Assembly: GCA_951406725.2 (NCBI GenBank)
Contig: OX597826.1
Coordinates: 15,810,001 to 15,874,000 of the forward strand
DNA: 64,000 nt
Source: Octopus vulgaris
Lineage: Eukaryota
Direction: 5' to 3'
Shown: one piece after another, positions 38,126-52,592 of the stretch
How the letters are laid out: each line of letters starts with the position of its first letter
Numbering within the stretch: the stretch's first letter is position 1
Made by a program: the position numbers and the translations under genes
The notes under the pieces: model-generated
What the model was told of the DNA's origin: nothing
Database searches by the model: none
Seen by the model: the letters and a program-made list of their open reading frames with translations, nothing else

Positions 38126-38971
38126 TTTGTATATACAACCTCAATGCATGGATAGTGAATAAGATCATCGAAGGTTCAGTAGAGATTACAAATTAATTAT
38201 TAATTTTCAGCTGTTTAATTTCCTAAGAAATCGTTTATTGAATGGAATCCGAAGCAACATAAGCTATCATGCGGAAGGAAGGAGCTGCTCATTATTATAT
38301 ATCGTTAATTCTAGGTGTATTTCTATCTAAACTAATATTCTGCACTTCACAAAGATTAAGTTTCGGCCTATTTATTGTAATTGAGGATGTAATGAAGCAT
38401 GTCATTTCTTGAGACAACAAGGTGGTAGGGAAGGAGGGATGACAACAATTTTACTTGCAGGAACTTATAGGAAAGGATAAAAACAGTACATTGACTCGAA
38501 GAAAAAAACTGGAATCTACAAGAGACATTATGATACATATATAGAAATAATTTTACCTTTATTGCAATATTGAAAGGTTACAATTCAGATGATTATTACA
38601 GAAAACTCATCTTCATAAATGAAAAAAATCCCGGTGTTAAAAGATAGAAATAAATTGGAGAAGGTAAATTTCTTACTGAAGCCATTAAATTATTTCAGCT
38701 GCCTCTGCACTCATTTCAACACCACATTGTCAATAATATAGAGAGCATACTGTCTTTGTTCCTTGATACAATACTTATCTGCTGATTCAGCAGTCAGGAA
38801 CGTTTCGATTGTAGAACTTCGGACTAAATCTCACTTAAGTTGAGTATGTTTATAGTTATGAATATTGTCATACTTATTCGTTCTTCCTTTTGAACATTGG
38901 GGTCAATTTAATCGAATTATCCCCTCATACAAAATTATTGACCTTGTGTCAGACCTTGAAACCTCATATTA

Positions 38972-40550
38972 CACTGGTTTACAAAAGCTTTTTTTTGCTC
39001 TGAGTCAAGGATGTGAATAGGTGATTTTTACTAAATGTGATGCAGTGAATTCAATTGTCTGAACAGTTTTGGTCTATCAGCTCTAGTGTTTTGCTATCAC
39101 ATGCCACATTATAATTATACTGCATATAAATTCAAAATATAATGTGTTTATTTCATCTGTTAAAAAGGCATATTACAGAAAGAATACAGCATAGATACAG
39201 AACATTGATGGAACTAAATAAAATAACACACAAAACATAGTTCAGCAGAAAGTTAGAAGTGACATTGTTTGGATGATCTTGTGTACTTTGCCTCCCTGAA
39301 TGTCCCGCAAGATCATCCAGCAAAAGTCCCTCATCATGCTGGAGTTCCACATGCCTTGGTACTTGCTCTCCATCTTAGTGCAATATTTCCTCATGCTCAT
39401 CACTCACTGTTCCGAGCTTCGGAGAGAAGAAGTTGAGGTGGGAGTGGAGAAAGTGCATTTTGAGTGATATTCGGTACCCAATATCCTCATAAGACAGCAA
39501 CTTCTCGATACACACTTGGTAATCCATTACCCATGGAACCCATGCTTCTCAAATTCCTTATCCTTCAGCACTTCTCGAATCTGAGGTCCGACGAAGATAT
39601 TCTCTTTGGGATTAGCAGAGCTGAGAGCTGGCAACAAAGTGGTGGAAGGTAGCGTCATTCTTGCCCATGGCTTTCAAGAAAATTCTCCATTAAACCAACC
39701 TTGATATGAAGTGGAGGGAGAAGGCCTTTCTTCATGTCCGCCGGATGATTTTCTTGGACACTGTGTTCACCAGACATGAAAGTGCCCCTAGATCCCCAGT
39801 CCTTCTGCTTGTAGTACTTCGACACAGCCCGACTGTCCCAGATACAGAGAAAGCAACAATAATTTGTGAAGCCTGCTTGCATACTCATAAGGAGCCCAGT
39901 GTCTTTGAGGTCTCCGCAGAGACTCCACTATTCAGGGAGATTATCTGAGTGGGGAACAGGTCTCATAACTGAGGGAAGGTCCGGATATTTGATATTTTTC
40001 CTAGAAGAAGCATTGAAACCTTTATATTTGTTAGACAAAAATAACAATCATCTACGTCGCTTCGTGCTTCTCCCCAAACAGCAAAGTGGAAGGCTGCTTT
40101 CTTGCTGTTAAACCATGCAGGTAGTCCATTTTAGCAGGATTTTCAACAGATATATGGAGCCAAGGATTTCTACTGATCTCCAATTTTAAAGTCAAAAGAA
40201 TGGAAGTGAGTAGTCCTCAGGAGGGAAGTAATTGTTCGTTCTGAGCAATTGTAGTGACCCCCCCCCACATAGCAGAAGGAAATTGCCTGGTTGAGGCATC
40301 CTCAACGTTTTGAAGTGCCTGAAGCCACTGTAGAGATATTTATGATATGTATTATAAAAATCTAGAAAACAAAATAAAAATTGATCATATATATATATAT
40401 ATATATGGTTACGTGAATTATCGCATAATCATAATATAGCAAAAGCTAGAGGTGATGAGTGAAAACTGCTTTTGTATCTGATATCAGCATCCCAAAATTA
40501 GGCTTGAACAACTGTTTTTATGTTTGCCTCAATTTCTCAGTAAACTAGTG
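38972..40550 (-). mobile_element. Chapaev3-type (CMC superfamily) DNA transposon, internally deleted
   Basis: TIRs CACTGGTTTAC / GTAAACTAGTG with a TTA duplication (38969-38971, 40551-40553). Transposase motifs: MQAGFTNYCCFLCIWDSRA, LLPPLHIKVGLMENF, HFLHSHLNFF, LGTVSDEH, MESKYQG.W. Confidence 0.85.
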
Positions 40551-42269
40551 TTATTATAGTCATTTTTATAGATCTCTAAGTTATCAGGATGAAATTGACA
40601 TTTAGAGAACAGAGAATGCAAAATATGGTTTCAGATTAAACGACTTTCCCTGAGATACTGACTGTTTTTGATACATTTTTCGGGATACGTTTCATTTCTT
40701 GTTAATGTTCTACTTTACGAACATATATTCATGGTTCAAATTTATGATCAAATGTATTCTGTCGTCTCCTTCAGACATTACAGTCCCTGCTACGCTTTTA
40801 TAAAAAAAATATACTTACATACAGTGATTGCGGAACAATTCTTATCAATGTTCGGAAGAGCGAACAGCTCGGAGACTTCATCGTTCGGGCTTTGATTTCT
40901 TCGAAATGTCCATTAGTGAGATAAAACAACTGAAGATATAGGTAAAAGATAACACACCTGGTAACATCAAAATTCACGATTTACTAACAGGCACAGATTG
41001 TGTCTACATTGCTGGAAGTTAAAGGTTAAAGGTATTTAAAGTTACAACAATTTTGTTACAGTTTTGGATACAAGCGAATACATAAATATAATCACAGAGT
41101 TATAAAAATATGATATTACAACGTGAGAGCGCTAAGCAATGATGTGCGTGAATACAATCTTGTTACCAGTTCATAATATGCTTCAGGCATATTTAGACTC
41201 GTTAGAAAACCATTCACTCTATTTTGTCATGGAAAAAATTTATCGCTTTAGACAAACAAGTTTAAATACACTGTGCCAGATCATAAGGGGACCTAAGTAG
41301 AATGTAGCACGTGCATGTCGGAGTGTTTATCTCTTCTTCAACCACAGACACCGGAAAAGAGATGCTAACTGAAAACTAGAGACAGGTCTCTCTTGTTGGA
41401 ATTCATATTTGCACACTGGGTACTGGATCTGCGTTTATTGTATTCATTTTCAACGATTTATATTTGCTCTCAGTTAAAATTTCGTACTTTATTTTCGTAG
41501 TCAGTATAACATTCTACGAGTATATAATTTGTAAATAATATTTTGAAAACTTAAATAGCCATTTAAGTTTCATAAAAATACTAATGCATAAACAATGCTG
41601 CAACCACTAAAATTACAAGGCTCCATTGGGTATTTTATCCGATTAACATTTTTTAGAGCAAATAAAAAAGGAGATTTTTATAGAATATTAATTACTTAAC
41701 CAATCGGTAGGACACACTAAAATTATTCCATCAACACTCGTCTTTGATTGAATATTATTTATTTGGCTGTCTTCAAACAATTAGAATTTCAAATCAATTT
41801 TACCACTGTACATAATTGCTGTCGCTTCACTAAATTCCCACTTGAACAAAAATCAAACGAAAACAATATATCAACAAAAGCAAACAACCATAAAATTCTA
41901 TTATATATTTGAAATGAGCAGAAAGAGGAAAGAAAAACAAAATAAAGCAAGGCCAAAAATGCATTGCGGTAGTAATGACAATGCTACGCAGAAAATGGGA
42001 GACCCATAAACTTTCCAGACAATCACGATTATTTTTGAAGACTGATTATTTGTTGTTTTTATTTTTCAGAAGTTCGCTAACATATTAAAATGACTTCTAT
42101 CAGATAATAAATATATTTACCGAAATTGCTAATAGCTTGAGAAAATACTGAGAGCATGCTATTAATAAGATAAGCAGTCAAGTGATAAATAGCGAGAAGT
42201 CTTCCAAATATTTAATTTCGAAATTTCTTTTGAGGTATTTCGTGTAATTACTGATTACATATTACATAC

Positions 42270-42308
42270 AGACACACACACATATATATATATATATACA
42301 TAAATACA

Positions 42309-42354
<46 letters not shown>

Positions 42355-42520
42355 TGTATATATATACATATATATATATATATACACATGACTATATACC
42401 TATGTATATGTATGTATATATATGTGTGTGTGTGTGTGTATACTCTTACATACCAATGTCTTGTTTGTTTTCCATATGCTGCACACGTATGCACACACAC
42501 ACATATACACATATATATAT
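42270..42520. repeat. (TA)n/(TG)n microsatellite cluster
   Basis: Seen directly in the sequence. Confidence 0.92.
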
Positions 42521-43186
42521 TGTATATATTTATGAAATATGTAGTTGTGTAAGTACTTCTATGCTTGTTTATGATAATATTAACGAAAATTTTTGAAGGC
42601 AATTCACTATTGCTATTTCTCTGTATGGATTTGTATGTTTGTATAGGTATGTATATTCATATACTTTATATTGGTGTGTGTGTGTGTGTGTGTGTGTATC
42701 TGTATAATTTGCCTATGTACAGACGATTAAAGCGTCTACAAACGCTACAATATTCTCCACATCAGATCTAGATGGTCATTGTTGAAATTGCTACCAATAA
42801 TATGCAGTAATACCATTTCCTCTTGAACGACAATACGGCTAGCAACGGATGATAAAATATATTACTTGTACGTAAATTACCTCCATCTTATGAATTATTC
42901 GACATTCTTAGTGTAAATATCAATCGAAATAATATATATTTGTACTTCAAAGACATGGCATTTGTGATCCCATTCGTTCCATATTTAGCTTTCACGCATC
43001 TTCATATATAGATTCTAGTAGAATTCTAAATGCCTAGAATATTTGCAGTCGCAAAAGATTTTCCGTGCAATAATATTGAGCAAACGACAATTAAGCGATA
43101 AAATCAACGTCTAGTTATAGGGACTTAATACACTGCTAAAACATTAAACGTATAAAAATCTCCTTTTATTGGTTTCCGTTAAAAAA

Positions 43187-43573
43187 GATGTGGTTGTGTG
43201 TTACGAAGCATGTTTCCCAACGGAAGAGTTCTGGGTTCAGACTTACTACGTAACACATTGTTCGAATCTTTTCGACCATAATCCCGGGTTGACCAAAAGC
43301 CTGTGAGTGGATTTGCTAGAGGGAAACTGAAACAAACGCACCACAAACACATAAACATCCATGGGTGTGTTTTCTGCGTGTGTACTACGTTATCGCTTGA
43401 CAAATGTTATTGGTTTCTTTACGTCCACGTAACCAAACGGTCCGATCAATGGGATAGATAGAATAAGTACCTGATATAAAAAATTTATAAGCACCTAGAT
43501 CGCTTCGTTCAACTAAAAAAAATCAGGCTGGAGTTCTAGTAAGGCTGCTGTCAAATCTCTGAGAGAAGTAGAA
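43187..43573 (+). mobile_element. tRNA-derived SINE, family A (old, diverged)
   Basis: gggttcag, gaccaaaagcctgtgagtggatttg...ggaaactga and gatagaataagtac match family A. Confidence 0.75.
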
Positions 43574-44344
43574 GGTATCATTAGATATGAACAAAATTTC
43601 AATTGGCGTGTGCAAGGAAAAATGCTTTGCATGAGAAGCACTTAAATTTTTTCCCAACGGTGTAAAATGTAAAATATAAAATAATGAACGCCTTTTTTGT
43701 ATTGACGAGGATTAAAAAATGAAGGGATGACAAAGCAAATATAAACTAGATAAGGTTACCGACATCCTTAATCATAAAAGGATTAGATACAGATTCGTTC
43801 AAAATTTCTTGAGATGAATCATTTCTGCTCTAACTCTTTCGATTTGATCTTGAATATTCAACTCAAAATTTATATAGATCGTACGTCACAGTTGCAGTTT
43901 TTGGAAAAGTTCTTTTGAAACACTAGACAAAGTTAAATAAATTTTATAACATTAACAAATATAGAATAACAAAACCTGACTGATAAGTGGTGATATGTAT
44001 ATTAAAACGCTTTGTGCAACAGACAACCACAAATGTATAAGTTCTCAGTAATTAGTAAAGAACGAAATAATATTTTAATATTCGTCTGTTTATGCGTATA
44101 AACATGCAACTTACATCATCGTGTATAAAATTATGTAATAAGAAACATACTGAGATATTTATTTAAGCATAGACATATTAAAGAAATATTAAATTTGTAA
44201 AGCAAATAATGACTAAATTTATTGACAATGAATTTGTAAATGGTGATAAATGACCGTACAACGCATAGTGTTTAGGTTCGATTTTACTAAGGTTGAGCAA
44301 ATTTCATGTTCTTTTTTTCTGGATATGATTAGTTTCCTTATTGT

Positions 44345-45047
44345 AACTTTTATACTTTTATCACCTTCAAATTATTCTCCAATTCGAACAATGCCCTATT
44401 CGAAGCAGTGCTGGAATTCTTGCAAAACGATGCCTTTGAACGCCTCCTCCGTGTTTGCCTCCACCTCTTCGACAACAGCAAATTTCATAACAGCAGCTTT
44501 CATCACTAGTGATGAGCTTTGAAAAGAGGTCCGGATCAACTTCCAACTGTTCTTTCAGATTACGACACACATTCAGTCGTGACTACTTTTGATCTTCCAT
44601 GAGCAAGCGAGGCACACATTTAGCTGCATCTCTTTTCATTCGCAATTCCTCGCCATGAATTCGTTAGCAAGAGCTCCGGCACACACCAGTCATATTGACA
44701 ATATCCCAATTATTCGGTGACGCTCCTCGAAGATTAATTCATGGCTTTTCATGTAAGTTGTATGAAGCAAGATAACTGTTTCGACCGCCGTTTTCCCGCA
44801 GAAGAAAACAGAATTTCACGGAAGCATGCTGTTCCTTCTTTTCAGCCATCTCAAAAATCGACGAACAGGGAAAAACCATTGCAAACAAAGACACACCATA
44901 TAACCGAACAACATCAAGAAGAAGCGTCAGTCGACACACTGATCCCTGAGGGTCGTACCACATGACTTCTCGCAGTGAAACTTTTGACAACAACGGATAC
45001 GGATTTGTCCCAAAGAGAACGTATCCAGTAACTTTTAGGTACCCTCG
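44345..45047 (-). mobile_element. Mariner transposon, internally deleted
   Basis: 5' TIR ta-cgagggtacctaaaagtt; MAEKKEQHASVKFCF; AAKCVPRLL; DPDLFSKLITSDES joined directly to the C-terminal EFQHCFE...FEGDK. Confidence 0.85.
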
Positions 45048-46099
45048 TAAGCAATTTTGCCAAAATATAATGATACAAACTAATATATTAGATTGATGAT
45101 TTTAATTACACTCTGGTCAGAAAGGAATATTAAATACCATTCCTACGACTAGAAGTTAATAATCTCATCCATATCATACCAGAATGTTGTTAACTCCAAG
45201 GTATCAATTTTCTTTTTGTGATTACGTCTACTAAATCATAGTTTGCACTTAGTTTTTAATTAACCTTAATTTCTATTGCTCAAAGATTTGTTAACCAACA
45301 TGTTAAAAGGTCTGAGCAATAACTAGTAAATGAATTTCAATATATAACACTTACCATAGAAACGACTGGCTAAGAAACTTTTCTGAGCAACGTATTGGTA
45401 GCAACAGAGTGGGAAGAAAGCAAAGGACACAAACTAAAATGATTAGAAGAGTTAGTGCTTTATTGAATAACCTGACGAAATATCCTTCAGAATGACTTTA
45501 AAACTGTACTTACTGCATCAAGTTACTTTAAACTCCTCGACAAGTTATACTGTTTTCTTAACCCAGTAAGAGTAATTAATAGCATAATAGAAATTATTCC
45601 TAACACCTAAATATATAATTTGCACACCATGATAAATTATTTTGTAAATTATTTCATTTGTCTCATAATTGTGTTTCTATAATTAAAAGAATTATTATTC
45701 TCCTTTGCAATAATTGAATTACCCTGTTGAATATGTAGAAAGTTTACAATACAAAAATACAAGTAATATCGAAGTCGGATACGAAGAAGCTAATTAGCTG
45801 ATTATCAATATATTTCTTATCTTTCTTACTGTACATTACATAACCTTGTCTACGTCACGTCAGCGCACCACCTTCCACTGAAACAAACTACTTCCCTTAT
45901 AGACAAATACGATGTAACTGGAGCTGCTTGAAACAAACATAATTATCGGTCCTGAAGATATCCTTTCTATCACACACGAGTACTACGCCACATATATTTA
46001 TTTGTATACTGACACTCTTCGGGAACATATTTGAAGCAACACTTCGATATGTGCAATGCCAAAACAAAAAAAAGACGTAATAATGTCTTTAAAAAATGA

Positions 46100-47700
46100 C
46101 ATAAAATAATGGTGGAAAACAAGTGTGGTTCTATTGTTCTTATTTCTAATATTTTAAGGATAATGGAAAGAACAATTATAAATGACATTCACCATCGCCA
46201 TGAAAAGCTCTTTCGCTTCAGGGATCATCAGAACGGATAGTGCCAGGTCCATATATAACCTTCTCGTACATGCCAGTTTGTTCTTGTTTTGCAGTATTTC
46301 TTTGGAAAATACGTCAATGATCAAAATATTGAAAGAGTTCGACTGGGTATGGCATAGAAATTTCAATTCAAAAATTCTTTATACAAGATTTCATCAACTT
46401 CTTATCACTAGAATATGCAGCTCCCTATCAGATCCTATCATCGTGTGATATGTTGGCAGTGCTACTTCTTCCCAACAAGGAATCATACTTAGCTTTCTTC
46501 AGGCTTCCGTTTTACTTCCACATGATTCTTCAACACATCAGCAGCCTACTTGCCTTTCTCTACATTAGAAAAACACATGCTCCTATGCACCAGATAAGAC
46601 ACTTCAGTGCCTTCTAAAGTTCACTGACCATGCATCAACCGCACGCATCTCGTACATTATACATCAGACCCGCATTGACTCCATAAATTTAGCCTGCGCC
46701 TTGGAGTCAGATTAAACTTGTCTCTTTTAGCATAAACAAATGTTCCAGCTTTAAATATATAACGAAGACACAGCCACACCAAACACACATGCGCAATATT
46801 ACGATGTGTGGCATTGACTTAGAAACCTCGTATTTACTAGTAACGTTAGGCCTGAATACCAACGATGATTTCTTGTAGTGAAATCTGATTCTTGGTATAG
46901 AGTGGGCCACATTTTAAAGTGTAGACCTTTTTATCAGCGTCAGAGCCTGATGACATTTCAGCTCTCAGAAAATGTTCTCACTCAACGAGGCTTAATTCAG
47001 ACATAGAATGGAATACTGCACTCATATCTGCGGCTGTGCTGCTACGCGCAATGATATCTTAGCCAGAATCCGGAGAATAGGAACTTGACTGCTTTGCATA
47101 AAGTGACTAACGGGCACATTCAAATCTTTAATCTACAGAAGTAGTTTCCACGCTGTCTCTTTTCATTCACCACCATAATAGACTGAGCTAACTGTTCTGA
47201 TATTCTCTACCATCCAGGTACTCCCGAACTGCTTGCCTCCCTACATTTCGCGCACTGACAGTAAACCCAAAAATTCTAGTTCTTTCTATATCGGACATAT
47301 CTGTCAGAAAATTTCTGGCTGCTAATGTCTTATATGCTGCTATACCAAGTAATCTTTTAATCGGTATATTTACAGCATTAGCCTTGCTGTTCTTATAGGG
47401 CCTGCAGAGGTCATAGCAGTGCCTCTTCATTCAAGTAAAGCATATAATATTCCTATGCTGAACGGGAATAACACATTATCCCAAAATATTCAATATAACA
47501 CCGACGTATAAGTTACTAAGATATGAACTTCTTTGGTCATGCACATTATGTTCTTGTCGACGTCCATGTTATACAAATACTTTTGAAAGTATTTGTATAA
47601 TTGCGTATATCTCTCCATGATTCAACTTACAAAAGATAAACTACATACCTTTCAGACACCCAAATATTTTTCACCACATCATGCCAACTGTGATGTTTAC
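46100..47700 (-). mobile_element. Heavily decayed Gypsy/Ty3 LTR-retrotransposon pol (RT-RNase H-integrase order)
   Basis: In minus-strand order: IFG (PFG-like), FV..MD..I.C.TKEVH (YxDD region), LNILG*, KRLLGIAAY (FLG...YY thumb), ELKC (RNase H ELE-like), CTRC, LIIDVFSK and GPGTIRSD (integrase catalytic aspartates). Confidence 0.6.
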
Positions 47701-48489
47701 GTTAGTATATTAGCTGACAGCTTGCAGTCGGATTATATTTACCTGTGATTAATGGAACAATTTGCAGGCGTTGCACAATTCGTTGCAACAGAGAGGGAAC
47801 TTATATAAATAATTATATATCGTGTGCACTGTTGTTTAAAACCATTCCACATCCGAAATGCGTAATGTTCACTTCTAATGATGTGCAATCTTTGATGGGA
47901 GGAGAGCCCCCAGTTATTAAAATGTAAACATTTCAAATGTCTAAGTTACTACAGGTAACATGAGTATACTTAACTTCGTTGGAAATTCTGCACATCTACA
48001 TTTCACGCAATCACTGAAACTTTTGTTACTAACGAAGCCTGGAAGTTAAAAATATTCAACGAATATATAAATACATTCAATGATTTTTTCTTTCTTCTTT
48101 TATTTCTCCTGAAGAAAGAAACTACAAAGCTGATTATTTACTTTAGAATGATAATGTGTTACGGAATATCATTGTGAGTAAAATAACATAATCTAAGCAA
48201 TAAGCCTTTTTCTAAGCAGAATGAAGTTGCATTGGGATATTACGCTGGTCCTGTCTGTTGTGCGTTAAGCGAAAATATTTCAAGATACACAAATATATTT
48301 ACATAAGTTTTCTTCAGTTTCGTCTTAAAGAATGATTGTTAGTATTTGCCACGTGAATATATTCCGTTCTCAACTGAGGAAATGATGGCTATACATTAAT
48401 ATTATTGTTTACTCTAAACAAATTTAATTGAAATAATGTTCAGAGTGAATCAGTTGTTTACGTACCTATACATACACACTTAAACATAA

Positions 48490-48516
48490 GTGTATATATA
48501 TATGCATATGTATGCG

Positions 48517-48586
<70 letters not shown>

Positions 48587-48610
48587 TATATACATGTACA
48601 TATAATTGTA
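48490..48610. repeat. (TA)n microsatellite
   Basis: Seen directly in the sequence. Confidence 0.95.
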
Positions 48611-49785
48611 CCTATCGCTATTACTATACATACACACATTCATGTATAAATACGTAGGTATTAATGTGGGAAAACTGCCATATGCTTACAGACTAAAAAA
48701 TAATTTGAAGGGAAGAAACTAACAAGCATCAAAATTATTTCATTGATTTGATTTTTCCTTTTTTATAAATTAAGGTAATGTAAATTTCAAAACGCACCAA
48801 ATATTGTATTTTCTCTATTTCTTTCACAAATATTTCGACCCAGCTATGCAGAAATACATTGAAAGAAATGACGCGTTCGCGCTTTTGATATTCTTGTGAA
48901 GATTGAACTGAAATCGCTAAAATAAGTTTATGTCAAGCTATCCCTAATATGGTTGCAAGATTGCATCTACGTCGTACTATAACTTATAGGAGGAGCAAAT
49001 AATATGTTCATATGGGTAATTTGATAACTAAAAACACATAAGACTATCAACTTCAATTTATTGAAGAATTAACTCGTATGTAGGCCCAGCATATGCAGAG
49101 TACCTAAACGTATTTGTTGTACGCCGGGATCATAAAGCTACATGTACCTCTTCTAACAGGTCCTCGTATATTTACTACATATCAAAAAGTGACTGAAACT
49201 CAAATAGGACTGGGTGAAGGCCAGCTAGGTGACTAATACATTCCCGACGATACTAAGAAATACAGGTATATCTTGTTTGCATATAGATATTATGCCTACA
49301 TTCTCATCTCATTCACTTTCTAATTAAAGTTCAATTGCGCACACTATATTAAAAGCATTTTGGAATGACCGTCTACATGACTCGTTTTTCCAAACATAGT
49401 CTCATATTGTTTAATTTAAAATTAAAAGTCATTAATATCTACTGTTTTGTCATTCACCGAAAATCTGGAATTCCCAATATGAGAGAAAACAGAAATTTGA
49501 TATCCCATTCAACGTCCAGTAACTAGTTTTTGCTTCGGTATTTACGAATATGAATAAAGCACAACAAATAAGAAACATTACTTATTAACATTAGTGTATC
49601 TACAATTTCAATATATCACCTTGTTTATATTTCTCGAAAAACTTATGTGCTTTGAAGTGTAGTAAATTAATATTTTTTCTCATCGCAGTCCTACACATAC
49701 ACACGCAAATAAACCTACAAAGTATACATATACATAGATACAAACATACATGCATGTGTTCGTGCCTCCATATGTACATAGAAAG

Positions 49786-49844
<59 letters not shown>

Positions 49845-49901
49845 TGTATCTATATCTGTTCGCTAGCTTTTTCCCAGTAGCTTAATAAAAGCACTGGTGT
49901 T

Positions 49902-50860
49902 TGCAAAATTGAGCAGTGTGAGAGGTAGCTGGCATGGAACTGCTATGATATTTTGCATCTTTGTCTGAAGAGGAAAAGTCAGCTGCGAATATTCCGCGTA
50001 TCGAGTCGTCTAAATTCGCGTCCGTTTAGCTTTCTTCTACTTCCCATTTTACTCAGCTTTCTTTTAACCTTTCTCCTTGCAGTAATCATTTTGTTCAACT
50101 CCTAATACATCCACGTATGTAGCGCAATGCACATCATTTGTAAAAAATATTCCTTGAATATTCTTGTGCCAGCCTTAACCTTATCGCCACAATTACACTA
50201 TATTTTTTTCCACGATTTTCTCTTTCAGTCTCATTTTCGTTCTCTCTTTCATCTCTCTCTCTCTCTCTCTCTGTGCCTTTCCCTTTTCCCTCTTACCCTA
50301 TCTTTTTCCACCCCTAATCATACTCTCTCTCTCCATTCATACCGTCTCTTTCCGACCTCGCTTTCCCCCCTTGCACCTTTCCCCTCTTTCACTCTTTCTT
50401 ACTCTGCTCCTTCGCTCTCTCTCTCTCTCTATCTGTCATTTCCCCTCTCTTCCTCTGCTCCTTCGTTCTTCTTCTGTCATTTGCTCACTCTATCTTGTTC
50501 TCAACGCTTCCTCTTCCATACCACGTGACTGATGATCGGTTAAAGCGGTGTTGTCCTTTTTCACCCTAGCTCTGACCAGACTGATCACACTGGCCTCGGC
50601 CCTGCTACGTCCGTCCTGTCCTCTAGGACTTACCCTATTTCCTGTTTGCGCAACCTCACTTATTTCGTACGACAGCTGCAAAGCCCTGGCTCCTGCAAAC
50701 TTGAGCAGTGTCAAAGGTAACTGGCGTGAAACTGCTATGATAATTTGCGTCTTTGACTGAAGAGGTAAACTCAGCAGAAAATATTCCGTGTAATGCGTTC
50801 TCTAATTTTCCGGCCGTTTACTTTTCATCTACTCTCCCGTTTACTCTGCTTTCGTCTAAC
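49902..50860 (+). repeat. About 165-bp diverged direct repeats (period 792 bp) flanking a pyrimidine-rich core
   Basis: 49902-50068 versus 50694-50860; CTGAAGA at 49965 and 50757. Confidence 0.85.
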
Positions 50861-51564
50861 TGTTCAAAACACAAACATATATATGCTTATATGAATGAAC
50901 GATAGCAATTATTTCATATTCCGAAGTGCTGAAGAATTGTCGCTTTCGATTTTTGTTAATAAACGTAACAGATATACCGTAAGGAGATTATTTAGTTTCC
51001 ACTCATATAAAATTACTAATAATGCACATTCTAGATTTCGTTGCGTTAAATTGAACGTGTACAAGATGTGTTTCACGCCGTCATATTTTGAAGCTGTAAA
51101 TTTATTCATCAACAACGAGTTTGTCTATCGCATACTTTAATCAAAAGATTGATTGCACCTAATTTAGGTTTGCTAATTTAATTATTTCGAATAATATTTT
51201 CCTCTGTCTTAGTTGAACTTAAGGAATATTACTTAATTATATTCTAATAGGTTTCTAATATATTTGAATTATTTTCATTACTATTTTTGAGACATTACTT
51301 TTATTAATTCTTTACAAACTTTCAAATTGTCCAATATATGAACTCTCTTGAAATAGCATGAATGCAAAATACTGTGCAATTATACTCTCCATATTCAAAT
51401 GAAAAACTATCATACTGCATGATAAATTTTAACAGACATACATATGTATACCTGCATTCGAGCATCACACATTTTGGCTTTTTGGTACGTTTCCGTCGTA
51501 CCGAAAATGCTCACGAGAATATAATGATTAAATATCTTCTTCCCCTCACTCTGTCTGTCTGTAT

Positions 51565-51580
51565 GTCTCTCTCTCTCTCT

Positions 51581-51632
<52 letters not shown>

Positions 51633-51642
51633 AACACACACA
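51565..51642. repeat. (CT)n(CA)n microsatellite
   Basis: Seen directly in the sequence. Confidence 0.95.
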
Positions 51643-52324
51643 GTGTAACTAGTTTGTTCAATTAGAAAACATGGTATGTGCGTTATGCGTTTTTGGTTTT
51701 CCGTTGTTACACTCCGAAATTATTTGTGAAATCATTATGAAAGCAATGTTTTATACCAACGTCAATTGTTATCAGGCAGCTATGACGACGAAGATGTGAT
51801 CACATGCCTTACGCTTAGCCTTGATGATGTAGTCTTATAGCCAGAAGTATTCTAGTCTTAAATTTTACAGAAAATTTAAGGCGTTTATATAGATCTGGAA
51901 AATAATGTTCTTTTTGTTACCTATAGGATTGTGTATATACTATGTGCGTGGATACATACTATGTATTTGTCTGCATGGATGCGTGTGAATATTTGGAGGT
52001 TTGATTAGAAGGGGCAAAAAGAGAAAAAAGAAAGAAGATCGAGAGAATGAAAGACAAGAACAACAGAAAACAGGGCTGGAGGCAAACAGAGAACGAGAAC
52101 ATAATTAAGTAACAAAGAAAGAAAGAAAGAGAAAAAAGCGGGGAAAGGTTTATTTGAGATGGTTTCTATTGTATTTGTATCGTCAGTTGCTACACAGTTG
52201 TTTGCTGAAGATGTCAACTATGTTTTAGTTATTGTTGTGAAGGCATTCCCCCATCTCTCTCTCTTCCTCTTTCTCTCTCTCTCTTTCTCTGTTGTTAAGC
52301 AGCTTTCTCCCACTGACGGAGATA

Positions 52325-52592
52325 TGTGACTGCCGTTGTACTATATTTGCTGTTTTACGCTCGCAGCCACAATAGCTACTAGTCATCGGATACCGTTGTA
52401 TCTCTTCGTACCAGAATACACTAACTTCTGTCTACTAACACGGAACGCTCCACAAGTCACCAAGTAGAACTGTCAACTCTCACGTCTTCGACTCTCTACC
52501 CTCCCTTGACGGCCGGCTACTGATCTATTTATACTAGCACTCTCGTAACACTTTTTTTTACCGGGAGGGGTATACCATTTCACTATATAACA
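52325..52592 (-). mobile_element. Candidate solo LTR
   Basis: GC-richer 268-bp island bounded by TGT...ACA, with TATAAATAG on the minus strand near 52530. No direct target duplication found. Confidence 0.35.

Noticed and set aside
45720-45745. accctgt seed resembling miR-10
   Set aside because: The rest of the mature sequence does not match and no precursor hairpin is evident.
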